A DNA stretch of 64,000 nucleotides, taken from an uncultured Erysipelotrichaceae bacterium (GTDB taxonomy: Bacteria; Bacillota_I; Bacilli_A; RFN20; CAG-826). The stretch's first letter is position 1, and each line of letters opens with the position of its first letter. The notes beneath the pieces are model-generated. The model was not told the DNA's origin, did no database searches, and was given only the letters and a program-made list of their open reading frames with translations. The translations under genes and the position numbers were made by a program. The stretch lies in the NCBI GenBank assembly GCA_902797855.1, contig CADBUI010000002.1, positions 329 to 64,328 on the forward strand. The letters run 5' to 3'. Shown in pieces: positions 49,931-63,829 of this stretch.

Positions 49931-49998
49931 CACAATGATTATAAAAAATATTTTTAGAAAATGAGCACTTTTTTAAAAATTCACCCCAATATATTAGT

Positions 49999-50469
49999 GT
50001 GGGAAGAAAAAGATATTACGCTTTAATACTTTTATGCTCGCTACTATCATCATGCGACTTCTTATCTAATGCAAGGGTCCTAAAAAATGATAATGAACCG
50101 ATTAATGATGATACGCGAGTATCTTCCCACTCCTACGAGGAAATTTCAGATAGAAAAATATATTGGAGTGAAGTATTTAAACAACAGGAACTCAGCTATT
50201 TTGTCTATTTTTACTCTTTATCGTGCTCTCATTGTGAATCGCTAAAAGATGACATAATTGGCTACTCGTTATCAATAGAAGAAAAGATGTATTTTGTGGA
50301 ATCTTCTCCTGAAGTAGTAGTTGATGAAAACTTATCTAAAAATGTAGGGGTGGATTCCATTAATCAATTAGGGATTAAAGGCTACCCAACACTCATAAGA
50401 ATTGAAGAGAAAAAAGTTATCTATAATGTCGCTGGAATCGCACTTATTAAAGATGCTTTAAAAATGTAG
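49999..50469 (+). CDS. Thioredoxin-fold lipoprotein
   Basis: Lipobox LSSC; YFYSLSCSHC; GIKGYPTL cis-Pro loop. Confidence 0.8.
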   Translation: MGRKRYYALILLCSLLSSCDFLSNARVLKNDNEPINDDTRVSSHSYEEISDRKIYWSEVFKQQELSYFVYFYSLSCSHCESLKDDIIGYSLSIEEKMYFVESSPEVVVDENLSKNVGVDSINQLGIKGYPTLIRIEEKKVIYNVAGIALIKDALKM

Positions 50470-50545
50470 TAATTTCCATTCCTTTTTATTGAGTGAATAC
50501 TACCCTTATGGTAAAATTACCTTTGGTAAAAGATTCACTAAGGTT

Positions 50546-54771
<4,226 letters not shown>

Positions 54772-54794
54772 AAGTGTGGTAGGATTATTACATT

Positions 54795-55091
54795 ATGAAA
54801 GAATACAATATTGAAATATTAAAAGATGCCGCACATCGATTATTATTCGATATGCCTACTGAGCAATATGAGACATTATTGAAAGAATTTGATGTCATTA
54901 TTGCGCAAATGAAAGTCTTAGGTGAAAATCCACTTATTGACCAATATGAGCCAATGGTCTTCCCTTTTGAATGCAAAACTTCTTATTTAAGGGAAGATAT
55001 TCCAGGTGAACCTTTAGATAGAGAAGAAGCTTTAAAGAATGCCCACAATAAAACAGGTGGACAAATTAAACTTCCAAAGGTGGTGATTTAA
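54795..55091 (+). CDS. gatC: Asp/Glu-tRNA amidotransferase subunit C
   Basis: LREDIP...LKNA...LPKV; position before gatA. Confidence 0.88.
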   Translation: MKEYNIEILKDAAHRLLFDMPTEQYETLLKEFDVIIAQMKVLGENPLIDQYEPMVFPFECKTSYLREDIPGEPLDREEALKNAHNKTGGQIKLPKVVI

Positions 55092-55092
55092 G

Positions 55093-56550
55093 ATGAACTA
55101 TCGTAATTTATCCATCAATGAACTTCACGAATTACTTGTGAAGAAAGAAGTCACTCCTTTAGAGCTTGCTAAAGAAGCAATTAGACTCGCTAAAGAAGAT
55201 AAAAATAACGCTTTTGAATACATCATGGAAAAAGAGGCACTTGAAATTGCTTCTAAACTAACTGTTCCAGAAGCTAATAATCCTCTTTGGGGAATTCCTT
55301 TTGTAATCAAAGATAATTTTTCCACTAAGGATGTCCCAACTACCGCTAGTAGCAACATCTTAAGTGGCTATGTTCCTTTATATGACGCAACTGTTATGAC
55401 TAAGCTACTTGAAGCTCATGCTGTGCCTATTGGAAAAACAACATTAGATGAACTCGCTATGGGTGGTACTGGTACAACTGGTCATTTAGGAACAACATTT
55501 AATCCTCATGATAAATCTCACACCAGATATGTAGGTGGTTCTTCTTGTGGATCTGCTGCTGCAACAGCTGCAGGAATTGTTCCATTTGCTCTTGGAAGTG
55601 ATACTGGTGACTCAACTCGTAAACCAGCATCATTCGCTGGACTTGTTGGCTTCAAACCAACATGGTCAAGAATTTCTAGATTTGGTTTATTCCCATTCAC
55701 TCCAAGTCTCGACACTGTTGGAATTTTTTCTAGAAATGTTAAAGACTCCGCTTATGTTTTAAATGTCCTTGCGGGGAGAGATGAAAAGGATTCAACCTCA
55801 TCTACTAAACCGGTTGAAGACTATACCTCTTTAGTTGGTAAATCTATTAAAGGATTACGTATCGGAGTAGTGAAAGAAATTTTAGATACATTAAAAGATA
55901 AAAACGCGATTGATGCGTTTAACAAATCGTTAGAAGGATTCAAAGAAAAAGGTGCGATTGTGAACTATGTTCACATTCCAACTGAAATCCTCTCATCTCT
56001 TCTTCCAACATATTTTGTTCTTTCTTGTGCGGAAGCAACAAGCAATAATGCCTGTTTAGATGGTATTAAATATGGTCCATATTACGATGGAAAAACATAT
56101 GAAGAAGTTATGATGAACGCTCGAACAAAAGGTTTCTCTGAACTTATTAAACGTCGTTTCGTTTTTGGTTCTTATGCACTTATGAGTGAAAACAAAAATG
56201 AACTATTTATTCGCGCTCAAAAGAACAGAAGAAGAATTGTTGAAGCTGTTAATAAAGCATTTGAAGAATGCGATGTTATTTATACACCTGCTGCACCTAG
56301 TGTGGCACCTAAGTTCACTGACTCAAGTGATAGACTTTCCGATGAATACTTAATCGCTGATAATCATTTGGTGCTTGGTAATTTTGCGGGACTTCCTTCA
56401 ATTACAGTACCTATTGCACTTATTAATGAACTTCCTTATGGCGCAAACTTAATGACTAAAGCTTTTGAAGAAAAAGAATTATTCATGTTTGCCTCGGTTC
56501 TTGAAGACATTTCAGGACTTAAAAATTTAGTAGCAAAGGAGGACAAATAA
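55093..56550 (+). CDS. gatA: Amidotransferase subunit A
   Basis: IKDN, GGSSCGSA, GSDTGDSTRKPA amidase signature. Confidence 0.95.
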   Translation: MNYRNLSINELHELLVKKEVTPLELAKEAIRLAKEDKNNAFEYIMEKEALEIASKLTVPEANNPLWGIPFVIKDNFSTKDVPTTASSNILSGYVPLYDATVMTKLLEAHAVPIGKTTLDELAMGGTGTTGHLGTTFNPHDKSHTRYVGGSSCGSAAATAAGIVPFALGSDTGDSTRKPASFAGLVGFKPTWSRISRFGLFPFTPSLDTVGIFSRNVKDSAYVLNVLAGRDEKDSTSSTKPVEDYTSLVGKSIKGLRIGVVKEILDTLKDKNAIDAFNKSLEGFKEKGAIVNYVHIPTEILSSLLPTYFVLSCAEATSNNACLDGIKYGPYYDGKTYEEVMMNARTKGFSELIKRRFVFGSYALMSENKNELFIRAQKNRRRIVEAVNKAFEECDVIYTPAAPSVAPKFTDSSDRLSDEYLIADNHLVLGNFAGLPSITVPIALINELPYGANLMTKAFEEKELFMFASVLEDISGLKNLVAKEDK

Positions 56551-56551
56551 A

Positions 56552-57985
56552 ATGGAATTCGAACCAGTAATCGGTCTAGAAATTCACGTTGAACTTAAGA
56601 CCAAATCAAAAATGTTCTCTAACGCTCCTGTGTTATTTGGTAAAGAACCAAACACTTTAGTAGTGCCACTAGATATGGCGTTCCCAGGAACTCTTCCTAC
56701 TGTAAATAAGGAAGCTGTTATTTATGCAATTAGAGTATGTAACGCATTACATATGTCAATTGATCACGAATTACATTTCGACCGTAAAAACTATTTCTAT
56801 AGCGACCTTCCAAAAGGATATCAAATTACTCAAGATAAACGTCCTATTGGTAGTGAAGGATATCTAGAAATAGTTAAAGATAACAAAGAAGTTAAACGTA
56901 TCAATATTGAAAGACTTCATATTGAAGAAGATACATGTAAACAACTTCACTTTAATACATTTACTCTCCTTGACTATAACCGCGCGGGCACACCTCTTAT
57001 TGAAATCGTTTCTAAACCAGAAATGAGAAGTGGTGAAGAAGCTATGAAATATGTCGAGAAGATTAGATCAATTGTCGTCTTCTCTGGAGTAAGTGATGGA
57101 AAGATGGAAGAAGGCTCACTTCGTTGTGATGTCAATATTTCATTAAAACCACTAGGAAGTCCAGTATTTGGTACGAAAGTTGAGATTAAAAACATCAACT
57201 CGATCTCACATATCCAAAAGGCAATTGATTTTGAAATTGCTCGACAAAGTAAGATTCTTAATGAAGGCGGAAGTATTAGACAAGAAACTCGTCGATATGA
57301 GGACTCTAAAAAAGAAACTATCCTCATGAGAGTTAAAACCGATGCAGTGGATTATAAATATTTCCCAGAAGGTAATATCACCCCAATCGCCTTATCTGAT
57401 GAATTTATTAATAACGCAATTAAGTCATGTCCAGAACTTGCAGATAGCAAGAAAGATAGATACATGAATAACTTTGGACTTAATGAATATGACGCTGGTC
57501 AATTAATTATGGATAAAGATATTTCTGATTATTATGACGAAGCAAGTAAACATACGAAAGCGTATAAATTGCTCGCTAACTGGGTGAATGTTGATGTTAT
57601 TTCTTATTTAAATAAGAACAATATCTCAATTCAATCATTCCCATTAAGCGCTATTAGACTTGCTGAACTTGTTGATATGGTTTCAAGTAACGATGTTAAC
57701 TCTAATCAAGCTCGTGAAATCTTTAATAAGATGATTAGCGATAATCTTTCTGCTAGTGAAGCTAAAAAAGCTTTAGGAATTGTTTCACAAATTTCTGATG
57801 ATGAATTTATTAAAAAAGTCATCAATGAAGTTCTTGATGAATTCCCAAATTCAATAGTGGACTATAAAGAAGGAAAAGGACGTGCTCTTGGATTTATGAT
57901 TGGCCAAGTTATGAAAAAGACACAAGGAAAAGTAAATCCAAAACTCACAAACGATTTATTACTTGAAGAACTTAAAAAGAGGTAA
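56552..57985 (+). CDS. gatB: Amidotransferase subunit B
   Basis: GLEIHVEL, FDRKNYFY.DLPKGYQI, NRAGTPLIEIV, VEIKN. Confidence 0.97.
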   Translation: MEFEPVIGLEIHVELKTKSKMFSNAPVLFGKEPNTLVVPLDMAFPGTLPTVNKEAVIYAIRVCNALHMSIDHELHFDRKNYFYSDLPKGYQITQDKRPIGSEGYLEIVKDNKEVKRINIERLHIEEDTCKQLHFNTFTLLDYNRAGTPLIEIVSKPEMRSGEEAMKYVEKIRSIVVFSGVSDGKMEEGSLRCDVNISLKPLGSPVFGTKVEIKNINSISHIQKAIDFEIARQSKILNEGGSIRQETRRYEDSKKETILMRVKTDAVDYKYFPEGNITPIALSDEFINNAIKSCPELADSKKDRYMNNFGLNEYDAGQLIMDKDISDYYDEASKHTKAYKLLANWVNVDVISYLNKNNISIQSFPLSAIRLAELVDMVSSNDVNSNQAREIFNKMISDNLSASEAKKALGIVSQISDDEFIKKVINEVLDEFPNSIVDYKEGKGRALGFMIGQVMKKTQGKVNPKLTNDLLLEELKKR

Positions 57986-57992
57986 AAGAAAT

Positions 57993-59015
57993 ATGAAGAA
58001 ACAAATTTTAGTTACTGGTGGACTTGGTTTTATTGGTTCACATACTGTTGTAGAACTCATTCAAGAGAACTATGAACCTGTTATTGTTGACAACCTTTGT
58101 AATTCAAAAACTGAAGTCTTAAATCGCATTAAAAAGATAACTGGAGTTAAGCCAGAATTCATCGAACTCGATGTTCGTGATGAAGAAAAGTTATCAAAAG
58201 TATTTGCTTCTCATAATATTTTTGCGGTTATTCATTTTGCAGGACTTAAAGCTGTTGGTGAATCTGTTCAAAAACCACAACTATATTATGATAACAACAT
58301 CGGGTCTACCGAGGTTTTACTTAAAGTAATGGATAAATATAATGTGAAAAACATTGTGTTTTCTAGCTCTGCGACTGTTTATGGAAATCCAAAGAGAGTT
58401 CCAATTTACGAAACTGATCCTGTTGGAGAATTTACAAACCCATATGCTGAAACAAAAGTTCGCATTGAAGAAATGCTTATTAAATTAAGTAAGCAAGATC
58501 CAAAGATGAACATTGCCATTCTTAGATACTTTAACCCAATCGGCGCACATAAAAGTGGACTTATGGGTGAAGACCCAAGAGGCATTCCAAATAACCTAAT
58601 GCCATATGTTACTCAAGTTGCGGTTGGTAAGCTTCCTGAATTATCAATTTTTGGTAATGACTATCCAACTAAAGATGGTACAGGTGTTCGTGACTATATC
58701 CACGTTGTTGATTTAGCGATTGGTCATGTCTTAACACTAAAGAAAATCGAACAAAATCCTGGACTTGTTATATATAATTTAGGCACTGGTGTGGGTACTT
58801 CTGTCCTTGAACTTGTCCACGCTTTTGAAGAGGCAAACGGTATTAAAATCGCCTATAAAATGGTCGGTAGACGTCCAGGCGATGTACCTGAATGCTACGC
58901 GAATGCTGATAAGGCGTATCGTGAGCTAGGATTTAAAACCAAATATAATATTGTTGATTGCTGTCGTGATTCATGGAATTGGCAAAAGAACAATCCAAAA
59001 GGTTATGATAAATAG
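57993..59015 (+). CDS. galE: UDP-glucose 4-epimerase
   Basis: TGGLGFIGSH, HFAGLKAVGES, SSSATVYG, YAETK, LRYFNPIGAH. Confidence 0.97.
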   Translation: MKKQILVTGGLGFIGSHTVVELIQENYEPVIVDNLCNSKTEVLNRIKKITGVKPEFIELDVRDEEKLSKVFASHNIFAVIHFAGLKAVGESVQKPQLYYDNNIGSTEVLLKVMDKYNVKNIVFSSSATVYGNPKRVPIYETDPVGEFTNPYAETKVRIEEMLIKLSKQDPKMNIAILRYFNPIGAHKSGLMGEDPRGIPNNLMPYVTQVAVGKLPELSIFGNDYPTKDGTGVRDYIHVVDLAIGHVLTLKKIEQNPGLVIYNLGTGVGTSVLELVHAFEEANGIKIAYKMVGRRPGDVPECYANADKAYRELGFKTKYNIVDCCRDSWNWQKNNPKGYDK

Positions 59016-59027
59016 GAGGAATTTGTT

Positions 59028-59969
59028 ATGGCACGAGAATTAATTAAGCAAGAACTTAAAGATGGTTCAGTCAAACTAGGCTATGCCTGGACGATTAAAG
59101 ACCCAATCGCGAATGTAATTATTGTTACAGGAATGGCCGAACACGCGATTAGATATGATGATTTTGCGAATTTCTTAAATGATAACGGCTATAACGTTTA
59201 TTGTATTGATCATTATGGCCAAGGTTTAACTGCTGGAAGTGAAGAAAAATGTGGTATTGTTCCAAATTCATTCTTCTCAAAATCTGTTAAAGATATCGAT
59301 GATCTTGTCACAAGACTAAGAGCCTCCCTTTTACCAACCTATATCTTTGCTCACTCAATGGGCAGTTTTATGCTTCAAGACTATATCCAAAGATATACCG
59401 CTCACGTTAATAAAGTGGTCATCTGTGGCACTAACGGACCAAATGCAAAATTATTATTTAGATTCGGTTATCTAGTAACTAAATTACTCGTCCATAAAAA
59501 GAATCGCTTAGGAAAAGGTGATTTCTTCGACAAATTATCCTTTGGAGGATATAACAAACGCATTAAACCACAGAGAACAAAATTTGATTGGCTAAGTGTT
59601 AACGAAGAAAACGTTGATAAATATATCGCTGATCCATATTGTGGATTTATTCCTACAAAAGGATTCTTCCGCGAATTTTTAAAAGGAAATAATCGTCTAT
59701 ACAAAAAGAAATTCTTAAAGAAGATTAGAAAAGATATGTCTGTTCTTCTTATTGCTGGTGAAGAAGATCCAGTTGGAGCGTATGGAAAAGGTCCTAAGAA
59801 ACTTCAAAAACTTTATAACAAACTAGGTTTAGAAGATGTTCAATTAAAACTTTATCCAGGACTTCGTCATGAAATCCTAAACGAAAAGGAACATGAAGCA
59901 ATCTATAAAGATATTCTTAAATTCTTAAAAGCAAAACATGAGGTTGCTGAAGAAATATTAGAAAACTAA
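59028..59969 (+). CDS. Alpha/beta hydrolase (lysophospholipase-like)
   Basis: GMAEH..RY, AHSMG, G.EDPVG, RHEILNE. Confidence 0.88.
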   Translation: MARELIKQELKDGSVKLGYAWTIKDPIANVIIVTGMAEHAIRYDDFANFLNDNGYNVYCIDHYGQGLTAGSEEKCGIVPNSFFSKSVKDIDDLVTRLRASLLPTYIFAHSMGSFMLQDYIQRYTAHVNKVVICGTNGPNAKLLFRFGYLVTKLLVHKKNRLGKGDFFDKLSFGGYNKRIKPQRTKFDWLSVNEENVDKYIADPYCGFIPTKGFFREFLKGNNRLYKKKFLKKIRKDMSVLLIAGEEDPVGAYGKGPKKLQKLYNKLGLEDVQLKLYPGLRHEILNEKEHEAIYKDILKFLKAKHEVAEEILEN

Positions 59970-59977
59970 GAAATATT

Positions 59978-60001
59978 AACTCGTCCTTGTGGCGAGTTTT
60001 T
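59978..60001 (+). terminator. Intrinsic terminator
   Basis: AACTCGTC...GGCGAGTT followed by a T run. Confidence 0.7.
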
Positions 60002-60088
60002 ATTTGGTGTCATCACTACTTTGAATACTTCTTTATAAGTCTTATAATGTAATTAGAATGAAACCTAAGTGGTTAAGGGGGAAACACG

Positions 60089-61996
60089 ATGAATAAACGT
60101 TATCTTTTTGTTGTTCCATTTTTAGCTATGGCTTTAGCAAGTTGTGGTGGAGGAGAACCTCCTACTCCTGTTGTTGAAACATTTACTATTACTTGGAAAG
60201 ATTATAATCAGTCTGTTTTAGCGACATCAATTGTTAATAAGGGTGTAGTCCCAACTTATCCAAACGGCACTCCAACAAGAGCGTCTACTCCTGACTATGA
60301 GTATACTTTCAAAGGCTGGAATCCAGAAGTAGTTGCTGCGACAGCGGATGCAACTTACGTCGCGGAATATGACTCAACTAAACGCTCATATTCAGTTACA
60401 TATTATGATGAAGATGGAACCACTATCTTAGATCAACAAATGGTAGATTATGGATCGACTCCTGAATATGCTGGAGAAACTCCATCCAAGGCAGATGCTG
60501 GTGGATTAACTTATGAATTTGATGGTTGGGATCACGCTGAATCGATGGTTACAGGCGAACAAACATATACAGCAACATATAATTCAAGCCCATTATATTT
60601 TGTCTGGGAAGACGACCATTACTATGTTAATGGTTTGTTATCTAGTTCTGGATATCCATCAACAATTACAATTCCTTCGACTTGGAGAGGATATCCTGTC
60701 TCAGGTGTTGCTGAAAGTGCCTTTAGACAAAGACACGGAATTCAAAAGTTAATTTTAAATAATGGTAACATCGGTGCTTACGCGTTCTATGAAGATGAAA
60801 ACATTAAAGAAATTGTATTTAATAATGATATTACTTATGACATCAAACAATATGCCTTTGGAAAGTGTACAGGCTTAGAAACACTTGTATTACCTAACAA
60901 CATTACTCTCGCCGGTTATGCATTTAATGGTTGCCGCAATTTAAAACAAATTGAAACAGGCAAAACACTCCCTACACTTGGTAGTTTAGTGTTTCAAAAT
61001 TGTTACTCCATAACAGAACTTGTTAACAACACTAGTGAAACTATCACCAGTTTCAGTTGGGCCGAACGTTATCTAATAAAAATAATAAGTGCTGATAAAA
61101 AAGGAACTTTTGGTAAGGTTCCTGGTGAAAATTCAACCGATTTAAATCTTATTACCTATAAACCATATGATGAAACTGACGTATATATTGTTGGCACATA
61201 TGATAATGAAGGAAGAAGTATTTTAAAAACTGGCAGTGCTACAAAAATTAAACAACACGCATTTTTTGGAAATGAATATCTTGTAAAGGCATATATAGGT
61301 AGTAGCATCACTTCTTTAGGCATAGCTTGCTTTGAAGCATCTCCATTAACCGAAGTTCATTTTGAAGGTACATCCCAATTAGAAATATCTTCAGAGGCAT
61401 TTAGAGATTGCCCAATGTTAACTACAATTGATTTTGGTTCTAGACAAATTACTGCATTAAGATCATTGGCGTTTTCAGGTTGCTCATCTTTAGCATCTTT
61501 CACAATTCCTAATACTGTAACAGAAATTGAAGGTGAAGTTTTTGTGCAAACTAACATTTCAAGTTTAAACATTCCTGCTAGTGTTTCTAATATCACTTCA
61601 AATCCTGCAAACGGAGCACTTCAATCTTATACAGTTGACTCTGAAAATCCATACTATAAAGTTGTTGATGATGTATTATTCTCAAAAGATGGCAAAAGAC
61701 TAATAGCATATCCTGGTTTGAAAGCAGCTACTGAATACACAATTCCTGAAGGCACAACAGTAATTGCTAGGTATGCACTTGGAAAGGTTAAAAATTTAGT
61801 GACAGTTCATTTCCCATCAACATTAACTGAAATAATCTATGGTGCCCTTGTTGGACTAGGAAATGGTAAAGACGTAACATTAACTTATCCTGGCACTGTG
61901 GAACAGTTCTCTGGCATTTCTGGTGCAGTAACGGAATGGTGGACACCTGCAAAATTTAATGGTGTTATCTGCTCTGACGGAACTTGGACAAAATAG
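60089..61996 (+). CDS. Surface lipoprotein with two InlB-B/Flg_new-like repeats and BspA-type LRRs
   Basis: Lipobox LASC; two Y.F.GW...TY.A.Y modules; LRR_5 repeats. Confidence 0.85.
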   Translation: MNKRYLFVVPFLAMALASCGGGEPPTPVVETFTITWKDYNQSVLATSIVNKGVVPTYPNGTPTRASTPDYEYTFKGWNPEVVAATADATYVAEYDSTKRSYSVTYYDEDGTTILDQQMVDYGSTPEYAGETPSKADAGGLTYEFDGWDHAESMVTGEQTYTATYNSSPLYFVWEDDHYYVNGLLSSSGYPSTITIPSTWRGYPVSGVAESAFRQRHGIQKLILNNGNIGAYAFYEDENIKEIVFNNDITYDIKQYAFGKCTGLETLVLPNNITLAGYAFNGCRNLKQIETGKTLPTLGSLVFQNCYSITELVNNTSETITSFSWAERYLIKIISADKKGTFGKVPGENSTDLNLITYKPYDETDVYIVGTYDNEGRSILKTGSATKIKQHAFFGNEYLVKAYIGSSITSLGIACFEASPLTEVHFEGTSQLEISSEAFRDCPMLTTIDFGSRQITALRSLAFSGCSSLASFTIPNTVTEIEGEVFVQTNISSLNIPASVSNITSNPANGALQSYTVDSENPYYKVVDDVLFSKDGKRLIAYPGLKAATEYTIPEGTTVIARYALGKVKNLVTVHFPSTLTEIIYGALVGLGNGKDVTLTYPGTVEQFSGISGAVTEWWTPAKFNGVICSDGTWTK

Positions 61997-62008
61997 TCAA
62001 ATGATATT

Positions 62009-62039
62009 AAAAAACTCGGTGCAATTGCATCGAGTTTTT
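62009..62039. terminator. Bidirectional terminator
   Basis: AAAAACTCGGTGC-AATT-GCATCGAGTTTTT. Confidence 0.8.
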
Positions 62040-62052
62040 CTCTTAGAAAATA

Positions 62053-63741
62053 TTAATTCTTTTCAATGAATTCACTAACGAGTTTCTTTAGAGATTCAAG
62101 ACTCTTTTCACCATTAGCAAATATGTAAGCTTTTAGTTTTGGTTCTGTACCACTTGGACGAATTGTAATGGTCTCACTAGTGGACAAAAAGAATTTAACA
62201 ACATCAGATTTTGGTAGTCCAGTTGGTTCACTATGATCTTTGAAATGAATTTGTCCTTCAAGATAATCTCCAACGTGATCAACATTTCCAAGAAGTTTCT
62301 TAATTTCTTCACCTCTAAATGCTTTCATAAGACCTTTGATCTTTTCTTTACCTTCTAAGCCTTGGAATTCAAAGCTAAGTGTAGCGGTCTTATAATCACC
62401 ATATTTCTTATAGATTTCTTGAAGTTTGTCATATAAAGAGATTCCAAGATGTTTATAGTAGTTTGCCATTTCTGCAACTAAGATAGCAGCGTTAACAGCG
62501 TCTTTATCTCTAACATTCTTGTTGGTGAGATATCCACAGGATTCTTCGAATCCAAAGATATATCTATCAACTTCTCCTTTTTGTTCTAAGAAGAGCATTT
62601 GTTCTCCGATGAATTTAAAGCCTGTTAAGACTTCTTTAACAACCACTCCATATTCTTTAGCGATAATGTTTACTAAATCACTAGAAACAATTGTTTTAAC
62701 CACAACTGGACTTTCTGGAAGATTGTTGTGTTCTTTTCTAACTTGATAGATGAAGTTAAATAAGAGAATACCAACTTCGTTTCCAGTTAAAATAACTGGT
62801 TTCCCTTTTTGATTCACAACGACACCAACACGATCACTATCTGGATCGGTTGCGATTAAAATATCATTTTTGCCATCAATTAATTTCTTGATACCAAGTT
62901 CTAGTGCGGCAGGCATTTCTGGATTTGGATATGGACATGTTGTGAAATTACCATCTGGATATCTTTGTTCTTCAACGATATCGATATGTTTAAATCCATC
63001 CATTGATAAGACACTTGTCACAGAACGATAACCCGCACCATTAAGTGGAGTGTATGCAATGTTTAAGATTCTTTCTTTATCATCAATTGATTGGCCTAAG
63101 CAGCTCTTAAAATAATCTTGAATTAAGTCTTCAGAGATGAAATTAATGAGCTTCTTAGCAGATAATTTATCAAAATCACCAAGTTTAACATCTTTAAATA
63201 TGTCGACTTTTTCGATTTGTTCATACACTGCATTAGCAGCATCAATTGTCATCTGGCAACCATCTGATCCATAAACTTTATAACCATTATATTGTTTTGG
63301 GTTATGGCTAGCGGTAACAACAATACCAGCTGAGCATTTTAAATATCTAACAGCGAAAGAAAGCGCTGGTGTAGGCATAAGTTCTTTATAGATGTGAACT
63401 GTGATTTTGTTACTTGCTAGTACGATTGCAGCTTCAAGCGCAAAGTCTCTTGAGTTATTACGTGAGTCATAGGCGATAGCGACACTTGGATGCTTATATT
63501 GAGCGTGAAGATATCTCGCTAAACCTTGTGTAGCGCGTCTAATAACATATTTATTCATTCTATTGGTTCCTAGTCCCATAACTCCACGGAGACCACCGGT
63601 ACCAAATTCTAAATCTTGGGAGAATCTTTCTAAGATTTCTTTTTTGTCGAGCGCAAGTCCTTTAAGTTCATTTCTCTCTTCGAGAGATAAAGCTTTTGAT
63701 GTGCTCCATTCAATAAATTTGTCTTCTGCAGTTTTTGCCAT
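62053..63741 (-). CDS. pgm: Phosphoglucomutase/phosphomannomutase
   Basis: FGTGGLRG, TASHNP, DPDSDR, GFEES, RPSGTEPK; promoter TTGATA-17-TAAAAT on the minus strand. Confidence 0.95.
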   Translation of the reverse strand: MAKTAEDKFIEWSTSKALSLEERNELKGLALDKKEILERFSQDLEFGTGGLRGVMGLGTNRMNKYVIRRATQGLARYLHAQYKHPSVAIAYDSRNNSRDFALEAAIVLASNKITVHIYKELMPTPALSFAVRYLKCSAGIVVTASHNPKQYNGYKVYGSDGCQMTIDAANAVYEQIEKVDIFKDVKLGDFDKLSAKKLINFISEDLIQDYFKSCLGQSIDDKERILNIAYTPLNGAGYRSVTSVLSMDGFKHIDIVEEQRYPDGNFTTCPYPNPEMPAALELGIKKLIDGKNDILIATDPDSDRVGVVVNQKGKPVILTGNEVGILLFNFIYQVRKEHNNLPESPVVVKTIVSSDLVNIIAKEYGVVVKEVLTGFKFIGEQMLFLEQKGEVDRYIFGFEESCGYLTNKNVRDKDAVNAAILVAEMANYYKHLGISLYDKLQEIYKKYGDYKTATLSFEFQGLEGKEKIKGLMKAFRGEEIKKLLGNVDHVGDYLEGQIHFKDHSEPTGLPKSDVVKFFLSTSETITIRPSGTEPKLKAYIFANGEKSLESLKKLVSEFIEKN

Positions 63742-63829
63742 ATTAAAAACCTCTTTTTACACATTTATTTTATATTTTCATACTCGTTATATCAACTTAT
63801 ATAGGAAGGGAAATAATAAATTATTTATA

